DNA of 64,000 bases. It comes from Eledone cirrhosa. Its lineage: Eukaryota. This document shows, one piece after another, positions 1 to 12,700 of the stretch. Position numbers and translations under genes: made by a program. Numbering within the stretch: the first letter of the stretch is position 1; every line of letters starts with the position of its first letter. Location: positions 248,682,001 to 248,746,000 of the forward strand of contig OZ024741.1 of assembly GCA_964016885.1 (NCBI GenBank), in the 5' to 3' direction. The notes under the pieces were generated by a model. That model did not search any database. It had not been told where the DNA came from and saw only the letters and a list, made by a program, of their open reading frames with translations.

Positions 1-20
1 GATAATATTTAAAAAAATCA

Positions 21-239
21 GGCGGAGATAATTTGTAAAAAAAATCAGGGGGAGATAATTTGTAAAAAAATCAGGGGGAGATAATTTGTAAAAAAAAATC
101 AGGGGGAGATAATTTGTAAAAAAAATCAGGGGGAGATAATTTGTAAAAAAAATCAGGGGTAGATAATTTGTAAAAAAAAATCAGGGGGAGATAATTTGTA
201 AAAAAAAAATCAGGGGGAGATAATTTGTAAAAAAATCAA
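21..239 (+). repeat. Example run of type A monomers, GGGGAGATAATTTGT(A)7-10TCAG
   Basis: Eight consecutive units with A-tract lengths 8,7,9,8,8,9,10,7. Variants GGCGG and GGGGT occur, and the last unit ends in TCAA before the B run. Confidence 0.95.
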
Positions 240-339
240 GGGGAGATAATTTCCAGCCGTCCAAGGGGAGATAATTTTCAGCCGTCCAAGGAGAGGTAAT
301 TTCTAGCCGTCCAAGGGGAGATAATTTCCAGCCGTCCAA
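240..339 (+). repeat. B cassette 'D' (4 x 25 bp), example copy
   Basis: Order: consensus, TTTTCAGCC, GGAGAGGTAATTTCTAGCC, consensus. It exits through ATAATTTTTTTAAAAAAATCAGGCGG and then GTAAACAAAAA, and recurs across the window. Confidence 0.9.
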
Positions 340-780
340 GGGGAGATAATTTTTTTAAAAAAATCAGGCGGAGATAATTTGTAAACAAAAATCAGGGGGA
401 GATAATTTGTAAAAAAAAATCAGGGGGAGATAATTTGTAAAAAAAATCAAGGGGAGATAATTTCCAGCCGTCCAAGGGGAGGTAATATCTAGCCATCCAA
501 GGGGAGATAATTTCCAGCCGTCCAAGGGGAGATAATTTCCAGCCGTCCAAGGGGAGATAATATCCAGCCGTCCAAGGAGACATATTTTCCAGCCGTCCAA
601 GGAGAGGTAATTTCTAGCCGTCCAAGGGGAGATAAGTTCCAGCCTCCAAGGGGAGATAATTTCCCGCCAGCCAAGGAGAGATAACATTTAAAAAAATCAG
701 GCGGAGATAATTTGTAAAAAAAAATCAGGGGGAGATAATTTGTAAAAAAATCAGGGGGAGATAATTTGTAAAAAAAATCA

Positions 781-881
781 GGGGTAGATAATTTCCAGCC
801 GTCCAAGGGGAGATAATTTCCATCCTTCCAAGGGGAGATAATTTCCAGCCGTCCAAGGGGAGATAATTTCCCGCCAGCCAA
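781..881 (+). repeat. B cassette 'C' (4 monomers), example copy
   Basis: Entered via TCAGGGGTAG. Monomer 2 is CCATCCTTCC and monomer 4 is CCCGCCAGCC. It exits via GGAGAGATAA(C/T)ATTT and often occurs in pairs about 180-206 bp apart. Confidence 0.9.
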
Positions 882-1364
882 GGAGAGATAATATTTAAAA
901 AAATCAGGCGGAGATAATTTGTAAAAAAAATCAGGGGGAGATAATTTGTAAAAAAATCAGGGGGAGATAATTTGTAAAAAAAAATCAGGGGGAGATAATT
1001 TGTAAAAAAAATCAGGGGGAGATAATTTGTAAAAAAAAATCAGGGGTAGATAATTTGTAAAAAAAAATCAGGGGGAGATAATTTGTAAAAAAAAATCAGG
1101 GGGAGATAATTTGTAAAAAAATCAAGGGGAGATAATTTCCAGCCGTCCAAGGGGAGATAATTTTCAGCCGTCCAAGGAGAGGTAATTTCTAGCCGTCCAA
1201 GGGGAGATAATTTCCAGCCGTCCAAGGGGAGATAATTTTTTTAAAAAAATCAGGCGGAGATAATTTGTAAACAAAAATCAGGGGGAGATAATTTGTAAAA
1301 AAAAATCAGGGGGAGATAATTTGTAAAAAAAAATCAGGGGGAGATAATTTGTAAAAAAAATCAA

Positions 1365-1588
1365 GGGGAGATAATTTCCAGCCGTCCAAGGGGAGGTAAT
1401 ATCTAGCCATCCAAGGGGAGATAATTTCCAGCCGTCCAAGGGGAGATAATTTCCAGCCGTCCAAGGGGAGATAATATCCAGCCGTCCAAGGAGACATATT
1501 TTCCAGCCGTCCAAGGAGACGTAATTTCTAGCCGTCCAAGGGGAGATAAGTTCCAGCCTCCAAGGGGAGATAATTTCCAGCCAGCCAA
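1365..1588 (+). repeat. B cassette 'B9' (9 monomers, 224 bp), example copy; about 41 copies in the window
   Basis: Ordered diagnostics: GAGGTAATATCTAGCCATCC (m2), ATAATATCC (m5), GAGACATATTTTCC (m6), GAGAGGT/GAGACGT (m7), 24-bp ATAAGTTCCAGCCTCC (m8), CCAGCCAGCC (m9). Copies were counted by eye from the m6 marker. Confidence 0.92.
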
Positions 1589-1752
1589 GGGGAGATAATT
1601 TGTAAAAAATTAGGGGGAGATAATTTGTAAAAAAAAATTAGGGGGAGATAATTTGTAAAAAAAAATCAGGGGGAGATAATTTGTAAAAAAAAATCAGGGG
1701 GAGATAATTTGTAAAAAAAAATCAGGGGGAGATAATTTGTAAAAAAAATCAA

Positions 1753-1877
1753 GGGGAGATAATTTCCAGCCGTCCAAGGGGAGATAATTTTCAGCCGTCC
1801 AAGGAGAGGTAAATTCTAGCCGTCCAAGGAGATATAATTTCCAGCCGTCCAAGGGGAGATAATTTCCAGCCGTCCAA
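1753..1877 (+). repeat. B cassette 'E' (5 x 25 bp), example copy
   Basis: D-like, with GGTAAATTCTAG and an extra GGAGATATAATTTCC monomer. Also near 5655, 15709, 23051, 29075, 36557, 39028, 43997, 47531, 55075 and 58609. Confidence 0.88.
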
Positions 1878-2348
1878 GGGGAGATAATTTTTAAAAAAAA
1901 ATCAGGCGGAGATAATTTGTAAACAAAAATCAGGGGGAGATAATTTTTAAAAAAAAATCAGGGGGAGATAATTTGTAAAAAAAAATCAGGGGGAGATAAT
2001 TTGTAAAAAAAATCAAGGGGAGATAATTTCCAGCCGTCCAAGGGGAGGTAATATCTAGCCATCCAAGGGGAGATAATTTCCAGCCGTCCAAGGGGAGATA
2101 ATTTCCAGCCGTCCAAGGGGAGATAATATCCAGCCGTCCAAGGAGACATATTTTCCAGCCGTCCAAGGAGAGGTAATTTCTAGCCGTCCAAGGGGAGATA
2201 AGTTCCAGCCTCCAAGGGGAGATAATTTCCAGCCAGCCAAGGGGAGATAATTTGTAAAAAAATCAGGGGGGAGATAATTTGTAAAAAAAATCAGGGGGAG
2301 ATAATTTGAAAAAAAAATCAGGGGGAGATAATTTGTAAAAAATATCAA

Positions 2349-2498
2349 GGGGAGATAATTTCCAGCCCTCCAAGGGGCTATAATTTCCAGCCGTGCAAGG
2401 GGAGATAATTTCCAGCCGTCCAAGGGGAGATAATTTCCATCCTTCCAAGGGGAGATAATTTCCAGCCGTCCAAGGGGAGATAATTTCCCGCCAGCCAA
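2349..2498 (+). repeat. B cassette 'B6' (6 x 25 bp), example copy; 15 copies
   Basis: CCAGCCCTCC and GGGGCTATAATTTCCAGCCGTGC precede four C-like monomers. It exits via GGGAAGATAA and a 4-bp-deleted GGCGGAGATTGT. Copies end at 2498, 6400, 8962, 10676, 13240, 16424, 23796, 26334, 29791, 44743, 47941, 48609, 55820, 59354 and 61578. Confidence 0.92.
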
Positions 2499-5400
2499 GG
2501 GAAGATAATTTTTTAAAAAATCAGGCGGAGATTGTAAAAAAAATCAGGGGGAGATAATTTGTAAAAAAATCAGGGGGAGATAATTTGTAAAAAAAAATCA
2601 GGGGGAGATAATTTGTAAAAAAAAATCAGGGGGAGATAATTTGTAAAAAAAATCAGGGGGAGATAATTTGTAAAAAAAATCAGGGGTAGATAATTTGTAA
2701 AAAAAATCAGGGGGAGATAATTTGTAAAAAAAATCAGGGGGAGATAATTTGTAAAAAAAATCAGGGGTAGATAATTTTCAGCCGTCCAAGGGGAGATAAT
2801 TTCCATCCTTCCAAGGGGAGATAATTTCCAGCCGTCCAAGGGGAGATAATTTCCCGCCAGCCAAGGAGAGATAACATTTAAAAAAATCAGGCGGAGATAA
2901 TTTGTAAAAAAATCAGGGGGAGATAATTTGTAAAAAAAATCAGGGGTAGATAATTTTCAGCCGTCCAAGGGGAGATAATTTCCATCCTTCCAAGGGGAGA
3001 TAATTTCCAGCCGTCCAAGGGGAGATAATTTCCCGCCAGCCAAGGAGAGATAACATTTAAAAAAATCAGGGGGAGATAATTTGTAAAAAAAAATCAGGGG
3101 GAGATAATTCGTAAAAAAAAATCAGGGGGAGATAATTTGTAAAAAAAAATCAGGGGTAGATAATTTGTAAAAAAAAATCAGGGGGAGATAATTTGTAAAA
3201 AAAAAATCAGGGGGAGATAATTTGTAAAAAAATCAAGGGGAGATAATTTCCAGCCGTCCAAGGGGAGATAATTTTCAGCCGTCCAAGGAGAGGTAATTTC
3301 TAGCCGTCCAAGGGGAGATAATTTCCAGCCGTCCAAGGGGAGATAATTTTTTTAAAAAAATCAGGCGGAGATAATTTGTAAACAAAAATCAGGGGGAGAT
3401 AATTTGTAAAAAAAAATCAGGGGGAGATAGTTTGTAAAAAAAAATCAGGGGGAGATAATTTGTAAAAAAAATCAAGGGGAGATAATTTGTAAAAAAAAAT
3501 CAGGGGTAGATAATTTGTAAAAAAAAATCAGGGGGAAATAATTTGTAAAAAAAAAATCAGGGGGAGATAATTTGTAAAAAAATCAAGGGGAGATAATTTC
3601 CAGCCGTCCAAGGGGAGATAATTTTCAGCCGTCCAAGGAGAGGTAATTTCTAGCCGTCCAAGGGGAGATAATTTCCAGCCAGCCAAGGGGAGATAATTTG
3701 TAAAAAAATCAGATGTAGATAATTTGTAAAAAAAAATCAGGGGGAGATAATTTGTAAAAAAAATCAGGGGGAGATAATTTGTAAAAAAAATCAGGGGTAG
3801 ATAATTTCCAGCCGTCCAAGGGGAGATAATTTCCATCCTTCCAAGGGGAGATAATTTCCAGCCGTCCAAGGGGAGATAATTTCCCGCCAGCCAAGGAGAG
3901 ATAATATTTAAAAAAATCAGGCGGAGATAATTTGTAAAAAAAATCAGGGGGAGATAATTTGTAAAAAAATCAGGGGGAGATAATTTGTAAAAAAAAATCA
4001 GGGGAGATAATTTGTAAAAAAAATCAGGGGGAGATAATTTGTAAAAAAAAATCAGGGGTAGATAATTTGTAAAAAAAAATCAGGGGGAGATAATTTGTAA
4101 AAAAAAAATCAGGGGGAGATAATTTGTAAAAAAATCAAGGGGAGATAATTTCCAGCCGTCCAAGGGGAGATAATTTTCAGCCGTCCAAGGAGGTAATTTC
4201 TAGCCGTCCAAGGGGAGATAATTTCCAGCCGTCCAAGGGGAGATAATATCCAGCCGTCCAAGGAGACATATTTTCCAGCCGTCCAAGGAGAGGTAATTTC
4301 TAGCCGTCCAAGGGGAGATAAGTTCCAGCCTCCAAGGGGAGAAAATTTCCAGCCAGCCAAGGGGAGATAATTTGTAAAAAAATCAGGGGGAGATAATTTG
4401 TAAAAAAAAAATCAGGGGGAGATAATTTGTAAAAAAATCAGGGGGAGATAATTTGTAAAAAAAAAATCAGGGGGAGATAATTTGTAAAAAAAATCAGGGG
4501 GAGATAATTTGTAGAAAAAATCAGGGGTAGATAATTTGTAAAAAAAATCAGGGGGAGATAATTTGTAAAAAAAATCAGGGGGAGATAATTTGTAAAAAAA
4601 ATCAGGGGTAGATAATTTTTTTTAAAAAATCAGGCGGAGATAATTTGTAAACAAAAATCAGGGGGAGATAATTTGTAAAAAAAAATCAGGGGGAGATAAT
4701 TTGTAAAAAAAATCAGGGGGAGATAATTTGTAAAAAAAATCAAGGGGAGATAATTTCCAGCCGTCCAAGGGGAGGTAATATCTAGCCATCCAAGGGGAGA
4801 TAATTTCCAGCCGTCCAAGGGGAGATAATTTCCAGCCGTCCAAGGGGAGATAATATCCAGCCGTCCAAGGAGACATATTTTCCAGCCGTCCAAGGAGAGG
4901 TAATTTCTAGCCGTCCAAGGGGAGATAAGTTCCAGCCTCCAAGGGGAGAAAATTTCCAGCCAGCCAAGGGGAGATAATTTGTAAAAAAATCAGGGGGAGA
5001 TAATTTGTAAAAAAAAAATCAGGGGGAGATAATTTGTAAAAAAATCAGGGGGAGATAATTTGTAAAAAAAAAATCAGGGGGAGATAATTTGTAAAAAAAA
5101 TCAGGGGGAGATAATTTGTAGAAAAAATCAGGGGTAGATAATTTGTAAAAAAAATCAGGGGGAGATAATTTGTAAAAAAAATCAGGGGGAGATAATTTGT
5201 AAAAAAAATCAGGGGTAGATAATTTTCAGCCGTCCAAGGGGAGATAATTTCCATCCTTCCAAGGGGAGATAATTTCCAGCCGTCCAAGGGGAGATAATTT
5301 CCCGCCAGCCAAGGAGAGATAACATTTAAAAAAATCAGGCGGAGATAATTTGTAAAAAAAATCAGGGGGAGATAATTTGTAAAAAAATCAGGGGGAGATA

Positions 5401-6799
5401 ATTTGTAAAAAAAATCAGGGGTAGATAATTTCCAGCCGTCCAAGGGGAGATAATTTCCATCCTTCCAAGGGGAGATAATTTCCAGCCGTCCAAGGGGAGA
5501 TAATTTCCCGCCAGCCAAGGAGAGATAATATTTAAAAAAATCAGGCGGAGATAATTTGTAAAAAAAATCAGGCGGAGATAATTTGTAAAAAAAAATCAGG
5601 GGGAGATAATTTGTAAAAAAAAATCAGGGGGAGATAATTTGTAAAAAAAATCAAGGGGAGATAATTTCCAGCCGTCCAAGGGGAGATAATTTTCAGCCGT
5701 CCAAGGAGAGGTAAATTCTAGCCGTCCAAGGAGATATAATTTCCAGCCGTCCAAGGGGAGATAATTTCCAGCCGTCCAAGGGGAGATAATTTTTAAAAAA
5801 AAATCAGGCGGAGATAATTTGTAAACAAAAATCAGGGGGAGATAATTTTTTAAAAAAAATCAGGGGGAGATAATTTGTAAAAAAAAATCAGGGGGAGATA
5901 ATTTGTAAAAATAATCAAGGGGAGATAATTTTCAGCCGTCCAAGGGGAGGTAATATCTAGCCATCCAAGGGGAGATAATTTCCAGCCGTCCAAGGGGAGA
6001 TAATTTCCAGCCGTCCAAGGGGAGATAATATCCAGCCGTCCAAGGAGACATATTTTCCAGCCGTCCAAGGAGAGGTAATTTCTAGCCGTCCAAGGGGAGA
6101 TAAGTTCCAGCCTCCAAGGGGAGATAATTTCCAGCCAGCCAAGGGGAGATAATTTGTAAAAAAATCAGGGGGGAGATAATTTGTAAAAAAAATCAGGGGG
6201 AGATAATTTGAAAAAAAAATCAGGGGGAGATAATTTGTAAAAAATATCAAGGGGAGATAATTTCCAGCCCTCCAAGGGGCTATAATTTCCAGCCGTGCAA
6301 GGGGAGATAATTTCCAGCCGTCCAAGGGGAGATAATTTCCATCCTTCCAAGGGGAGATAATTTCCAGCCGTCCAAGGGGAGATAATTTCCCGCCAGCCAA
6401 GGGAAGATAATTTTTTAAAAAATCAGGCGGAGATTGTAAAAAAAATCAGGGGGAGATAATTTGTAAAAAAATCAGGGGGAGATAATTTGTAAAAAAATCA
6501 GGGGGAGATAATTTGTAAAAAAAAATCAGGGGGAGATAATTTGTAAAAAAAATCAGGGGGAGATAATTTGTAAAAAAAATCAGGGGTAGATAATTTGTAA
6601 AAAAAATCAGGGGGAGATAATTTGTAAAAAAAATCAGGGGGAGATAATTTGTAAAAAAAATCAGGGGTAGATAATTTTCAGCCGTCCAAGGGGAGATAAT
6701 TTCCATCCTTCCAAGGGGAGATAATTTCCAGCCGTCCAAGGGGAGATAATTTCCCGCCAGCCAAGGAGAGATAACATTTAAAAAAATCAGGCGGAGATA

Positions 6800-9700
6800 A
6801 TTTGTAAAAAAATCAGGGGGAGATAATTTGTAAAAAAAATCAGGGGTAGATAATTTTCAGCCGTCCAAGGGGAGATAATTTCCATCCTTCCAAGGGGAGA
6901 TAATTTCCAGCCGTCCAAGGGGAGATAATTTCCCGCCAGCCAAGGAGAGATAACATTTAAAAAAATCAGGGGGAGATAATTTGTGAAAAAAAATCAGGGG
7001 GAGATAATTCGTAAAAAAAATCAGGGGGAGATAATTTGTAAAAAAAAATCAGGGGTAGATAATTTGTAAAAAAAAATCAGGGGGAGATAATTTGTAAAAA
7101 AAAAATCAGGGGGAGATAATTTGTAAAAAAATCAAGGGGAGATAATTTCCAGCCGTCCAAGGGGAGATAATTTTCAGCCGTCCAAGGAGAGGTAATTTCT
7201 AGCCGTCCAAGGGGAGATAATTTCCAGCCGTCCAAGGGGAGATAATTTTTTTAAAAAAATCAGGCGGAGATAATTTGTAAACAAAAATCAGGGGGAGATA
7301 ATTTGTAAAAAAAAATCAGGGGGAGATAATTTGTAAAAAAAAATCAGGGGGAGATAATTTGTAAAAAAAATCAAGGGGAGATAATTTGTAAAAAAAAATC
7401 AGGGGTAGATAATTTGTAAAAAAAAATCAGGGGGAGATAATTTGTAAAAAAAAAATCAGGGGGAGATAATTTGTAAAAAAATCAAGGGGAGATAATTTCC
7501 AGCCGTCCAAGGGGAGATAATTTTCAGCCGTCCAAGGACAGGTAATTTCTAGCCGTCCAAGGGGAGATAATTTCCAGCCAGCCAAGGGGAGATAATTTGT
7601 AAAAAAATCAGGGGTAAATAATTTGTAAAAAAAAATCAGGGGGAGATAATTTGTAAAAAAAATCAGGGGGAGATAATTTGTAAAAAAAATCAGGGGTAGA
7701 TAATTTCCAGCCGTCCAAGGGGAGATAATTTCCATCCTTCCAAGGGGAGACAATTTCCAGCCGTCCAAGGGGAGATAATTTCCCGCCAGCCAAGGAGAGA
7801 TAACATTTAAAAAAATCAGGCGGAGATAATTTGTAAAAAAAATCAGGCGGAGATAATTTGTAAAAAAATCAGGGGGAGATAATTTGTAAAAAAAATCAGG
7901 GGTAGATAATTTCCAGCCGTCCAAGGGGAGATAATTTCCATCCTTCCAAGGGGAGATAATTTCCAGCCGTCCAAGGGGAGATAATTTCCCGCCAGCCAAG
8001 GAGAGATAATATTTAAAAAAATCAGGCGGAGATAATTTGTAAAAAAAATCAGGGGGAGATAATTTGTAAAAAAATCAGGGGGAGATAATTTGTAAAAAAA
8101 AATCAGGGGAGATAATTTGTAAAAAAAATCAGGGGGAGATAATTTGTAAAAAAAAATCAGGGGTAGATAATTTGTAAAAAAAAATCAGGGGGAGATAATT
8201 TGTAAAAAAAAAATCAGGGGGAGATAATTTGTAAAAAAATCAAGGGGAGATAATTTCCAGCCGTCCAAGGGGAGATAATTTTCAGCCGTCCAAGGAGGTA
8301 ATTTCTAGCCGTCCAAGGGGAGATAATTTCCAGCCGTCCAAGGGGAGATAATTTTTTTTAAAAAATCAGGCGGAGATAATTTGTAAACAAAAATCAGGGG
8401 GAGATAATTTGTAAAAAAAAATCAGGGGGAGATAATTTGTAAAAAAAAATCAGGGGGAGATAATTTGTAAAAAAAATCAAGGGGAGATAATTTCCAGCCG
8501 TCCAAGGGGAGGTAATATTTAGCCATCCAAGGGGAGATAATTTCCAGCCGTCCAAGGGGAGATAATTTCCAGCCGTCCAAGGGGAGATAATATCCAGCCG
8601 TCCAAGGAGACATATTTTCCAGCCGTCCAAGGAGAGGTAATTTCTAGCCGTCCAAGGGGAGATAAGTTCCAGCCTCCAAGGGGAGATAATTTCCAGCCAG
8701 CCAAGGGGAGATAATTTGTAAAAAAATCAGGGGGGAGATAATTTGTAAAAAAAATCAGGGGGAGATAATTTGAAAAAAAAATCAGGGGGAGATAATTTGT
8801 AAAAAATATCAAGGGGAGATAATTTCCAGCCCTCCAAGGGGCTATAATTTCCAGCCGTGCAAGGGGAGATAATTTCCAGCCGTCCAAGGGGAGATAATTT
8901 CCATCCTTCCAAGGGGAGATAATTTCCAGCCGTCCAAGGGGAGATAATTTCCCGCCAGCCAAGGGAAGATAATTTTTTAAAAAATCAGGCGGAGATTGTA
9001 AAAAAAATCAGGGGGAGATAATTTGTAAAAAAATCAGGGGGAGATAATTTGTAAAAAAAAATCAGGGGGAGATAATTTGTAAAAAAAAATCAGGGGGAGA
9101 TAATTTGTAAAAAAAATCAGGGGGAGATAATTTGTAAAAAAAATCAGGGGTAGATAATTTGTAAAAAAAATCAGGGGGAGATAATTTGTAAAAAAAATCA
9201 GGGGGAGATAATTTGTAAAAAAAATCAGGGGTAGATGATTTTCAGCCGTCCAAGGGGAGATAATTTCCATCCTTCCAAGGGGAGATAATTTCCAGCCGTC
9301 CAAGGGGAGATAATTTCCCGCCAGCCAAGGAGAGATAACATTTAAAAAAATCAGGCGGAGATAATTTGTAAAAAAATCAGGGGGAGATAATTTGTAAAAA
9401 AAATCAGGGGTAGATAATTTCCAGCCGTCCAAGGGGAGATAATTTCCATCCTTCCAAGGGGAGACAATTTCCAGCCGTCCAAGGGGAGATAATTTCCCGC
9501 CAGCCAAGGAGAGATAACATTTAAAAAAATCAGGCGGAGATAATTTGTAAAAAAAATCAGGCGGAGATAATTTGTAAAAAAATCAGGGGGAGATAATTTG
9601 TAAAAAAAATCAGGGGTAGATAATTTCCAGCCGTCCAAGGGGAGATAATTTCCATCCTTCCAAGGGGAGATAATTTCCAGCCGTCCAAGGGGAGATAATT

Positions 9701-12700
9701 TCCCGCCAGCCAAGGAGAGATAATATTTAAAAAAATCAGGCGGAGATAATTTGTAAAAAAAATCAGGGGGAGATAATTTGTAAAAAAATCAGGGGGAGAT
9801 AATTTGTAAAAAAAAATCAGGGGAGATAATTTGTAAAAAAAATCAGGGGGAGATAATTTGTAAAAAAAAATCAGGGGTAGATAATTTGTAAAAAAAAATC
9901 AGGGGGAGATAATTTGTAAAAAAAAAATCAGGGGGAGATAATTTGTAAAAAAATCAAGGGGAGATAATTTCCAGCCGTCCAAGGGGAGATAATTTTCAGC
10001 CGTCCAAGGAGGTAATTTCTAGCCGTCCAAGGGGAGATAATTTCCAGCCGTCCAAGGGGAGATAATTTTTTTTAAAAAATCAGGCGGAGATAATTTGTAA
10101 ACAAAAATCAGGGGGAGATAATTTGTAAAAAAAAATCAGGGGGAGATAATTTGTAAAAAAAAATCAGGGGGAGATAATTTGTAAAAAAAATCAAGGGGAG
10201 ATAATTTCCAGCCGTCCAAGGGGAGGTAATATTTAGCCATCCAAGGGGAGATAATTTCCAGCCGTCCAAGGGGAGATAATTTCCAGCCGTCCAAGGGGAG
10301 ATAATATCCAGCCGTCCAAGGAGACATATTTTCCAGCCGTCCAAGGAGAGGTAATTTCTAGCCGTCCAAGGGGAGATAAGTTCCAGCCTCCAAGGGGAGA
10401 TAATTTCCAGCCAGCCAAGGGGAGATAATTTGTAAAAAAATCAGGGGGGAGATAATTTGTAAAAAAAATCAGGGGGAGATAATTTGAAAAAAAAATCAGG
10501 GGGAGATAATTTGTAAAAAATATCAAGGGGAGATAATTTCCAGCCCTCCAAGGGGCTATAATTTCCAGCCGTGCAAGGGGAGATAATTTCCAGCCGTCCA
10601 AGGGGAGATAATTTCCATCCTTCCAAGGGGAGATAATTTCCAGCCGTCCAAGGGGAGATAATTTCCCGCCAGCCAAGGGAAGATAATTTTTTAAAAAATC
10701 AGGCGGAGATTGTAAAAAAAATCAGGGGGAGATAATTTGTAAAAAAATCAGGGGGAGATAATTTGTAAAAAAAAATCAGGGGGAGATAATTTGTAAAAAA
10801 AAATCAGGGGGAGATAATTTGTAAAAAAAATCAGGGGGAGATAATTTGTAAAAAAAATCAGGGGTAGATAATTTGTAAAAAAAATCAGGGGGAGATAATT
10901 TGTAAAAAAAATCAGGGGGAGATAATTTGTAAAAAAAATCAGGGGTAGATGATTTTCAGCCGTCCAAGGGGAGATAATTTCCATCCTTCCAAGGGGAGAT
11001 AATTTCCAGCCGTCCAAGGGGAGATAATTTCCCGCCAGCCAAGGAGAGATAACATTTAAAAAAATCAGGCGGAGATAATTTGTAAAAAAATCAGGGGGAG
11101 ATAATTTGTAAAAAAAATCAGGGGTAGATAATTTTCAGCCGTCCAAGGGGAGATAATTTCCATCCTTCCAAGGGGAGATAATTTCCAGCCGTCCAAGGGG
11201 AGATAATTTCCCGCCAGCCAAGGAGAGATAACATTTAAAAAAATCAGGGGGAGATAATTTGTGAAAAAAAATCAGGGGGAGATAATTCGTAAAAAAAATC
11301 AGGGGGAGATAATTTGTAAAAAAAAATCAGGGGTAGATAATTTGTAAAAAAAAATCAGGGGGAGATAATTTGTAAAAAAAAAATCAGGGGGAGATAATTT
11401 GTAAAAAAATCAAGGGGAGATAATTTCCAGCCGTCCAAGGGGAGATAATTTTCAGCCGTCCAAGGAGAGGTAATTTCTAGCCGTCCAAGGGGAGATAATT
11501 TCCAGCCGTCCAAGGGGAGATAATTTTTTTAAAAAAATCAGGCGGAGATAATTTGTAAACAAAAATCAGGGGGAGATAATTTGTAAAAAAAAATCAGGGG
11601 GAGATAATTTGTAAAAAAAAATCAGGGGGAGATAATTTGTAAAAAAAATCAAGGGGAGATAATTTGTAAAAAAAAATCAGGGGTAGATAATTTGTAAAAA
11701 AAAATCAGGGGGAGATAATTTGTAAAAAAAAAATCAGTGGGAGATAATTTGTAAAAAAATCAAGGGGAGATAATTTCCAGCCGTCCAAGGGGAGATAATT
11801 TTCAGCCGTCCAAGGACAGGTAATTTCTAGCCGTCCAAGGGGAGATAATTTCCAGCCAGCCAAGGGGAGATAATTTGTAAAAAAATCAGGGGTAGATAAT
11901 TTGTAAAAAAAAATCAGGGGGAGATAATTTGTAAAAAAAATCAGGGGGAGATAATTTGTAAAAAAAATCAGGGGTAGATAATTTCCAGCCGTCCAAGGGG
12001 AGATAATTTCCATCCTTCCAAGGGGAGACAATTTCCAGCCGTCCAAGGGGAGATAATTTCCCGCCAGCCAAGGAGAGATAACATTTAAAAAAATCAGGCG
12101 GAGATAATTTGTAAAAAAAATCAGGGGGAGATAATTTGTTAAAAAATCAGGGGGAGATAATTTGTAAAAAAAATCAGGGGTAGATAATTTCCAGCCGTCC
12201 AAGGGGAGATAATTTCCATCCTTCCAAGGGGAGATAATTTCCAGCCGTCCAAGGGGAGATAATTTCCCGCCAGCCAAGGAGAGATAATATTTAAAAAAAT
12301 CAGGCGGAGATAATTTGTAAAAAAAATCAGGGGGAGATAATTTGTAAAAAAATCAGGGGGAGATAATTTGTAAAAAAAAATCAGGGGAGATAATTTGTAA
12401 AAAAAATCAGGGGGAGATAATTTGTAAAAAAAAATCAGGGGTAGATAATTTGTAAAAAAAAATCAGGGGGAGATAATTTGTAAAAAAAAAATCAGGGGGA
12501 GATAATTTGTAAAAAAATCAAGTGGAGATAATTTCCAGCCGTCCAAGGGGAGATAATTTTCAGCCGTCCAAGGAGGTAATTTCTAGCCGTCCAAGGGGAG
12601 ATAATTTCCAGCCGTCCAAGGGGAGATAATTTTTTTTAAAAAATCAGGCGGAGATAATTTGTAAACAAAAATCAGGGGGAGATAATTTGTAAAAAAAAAT

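Noticed and set aside
240-254. NF-kB-like site GGGGA...TTTCC
   Set aside because: The half-sites are 5 bp apart (15 bp in total), which does not fit the 10-11 bp GGGRNNYYCC consensus.
1610-1645. TTAGGG telomeric hexamer
   Set aside because: These are isolated C>T variants of TCAGGGGG within A monomers and are never tandem.
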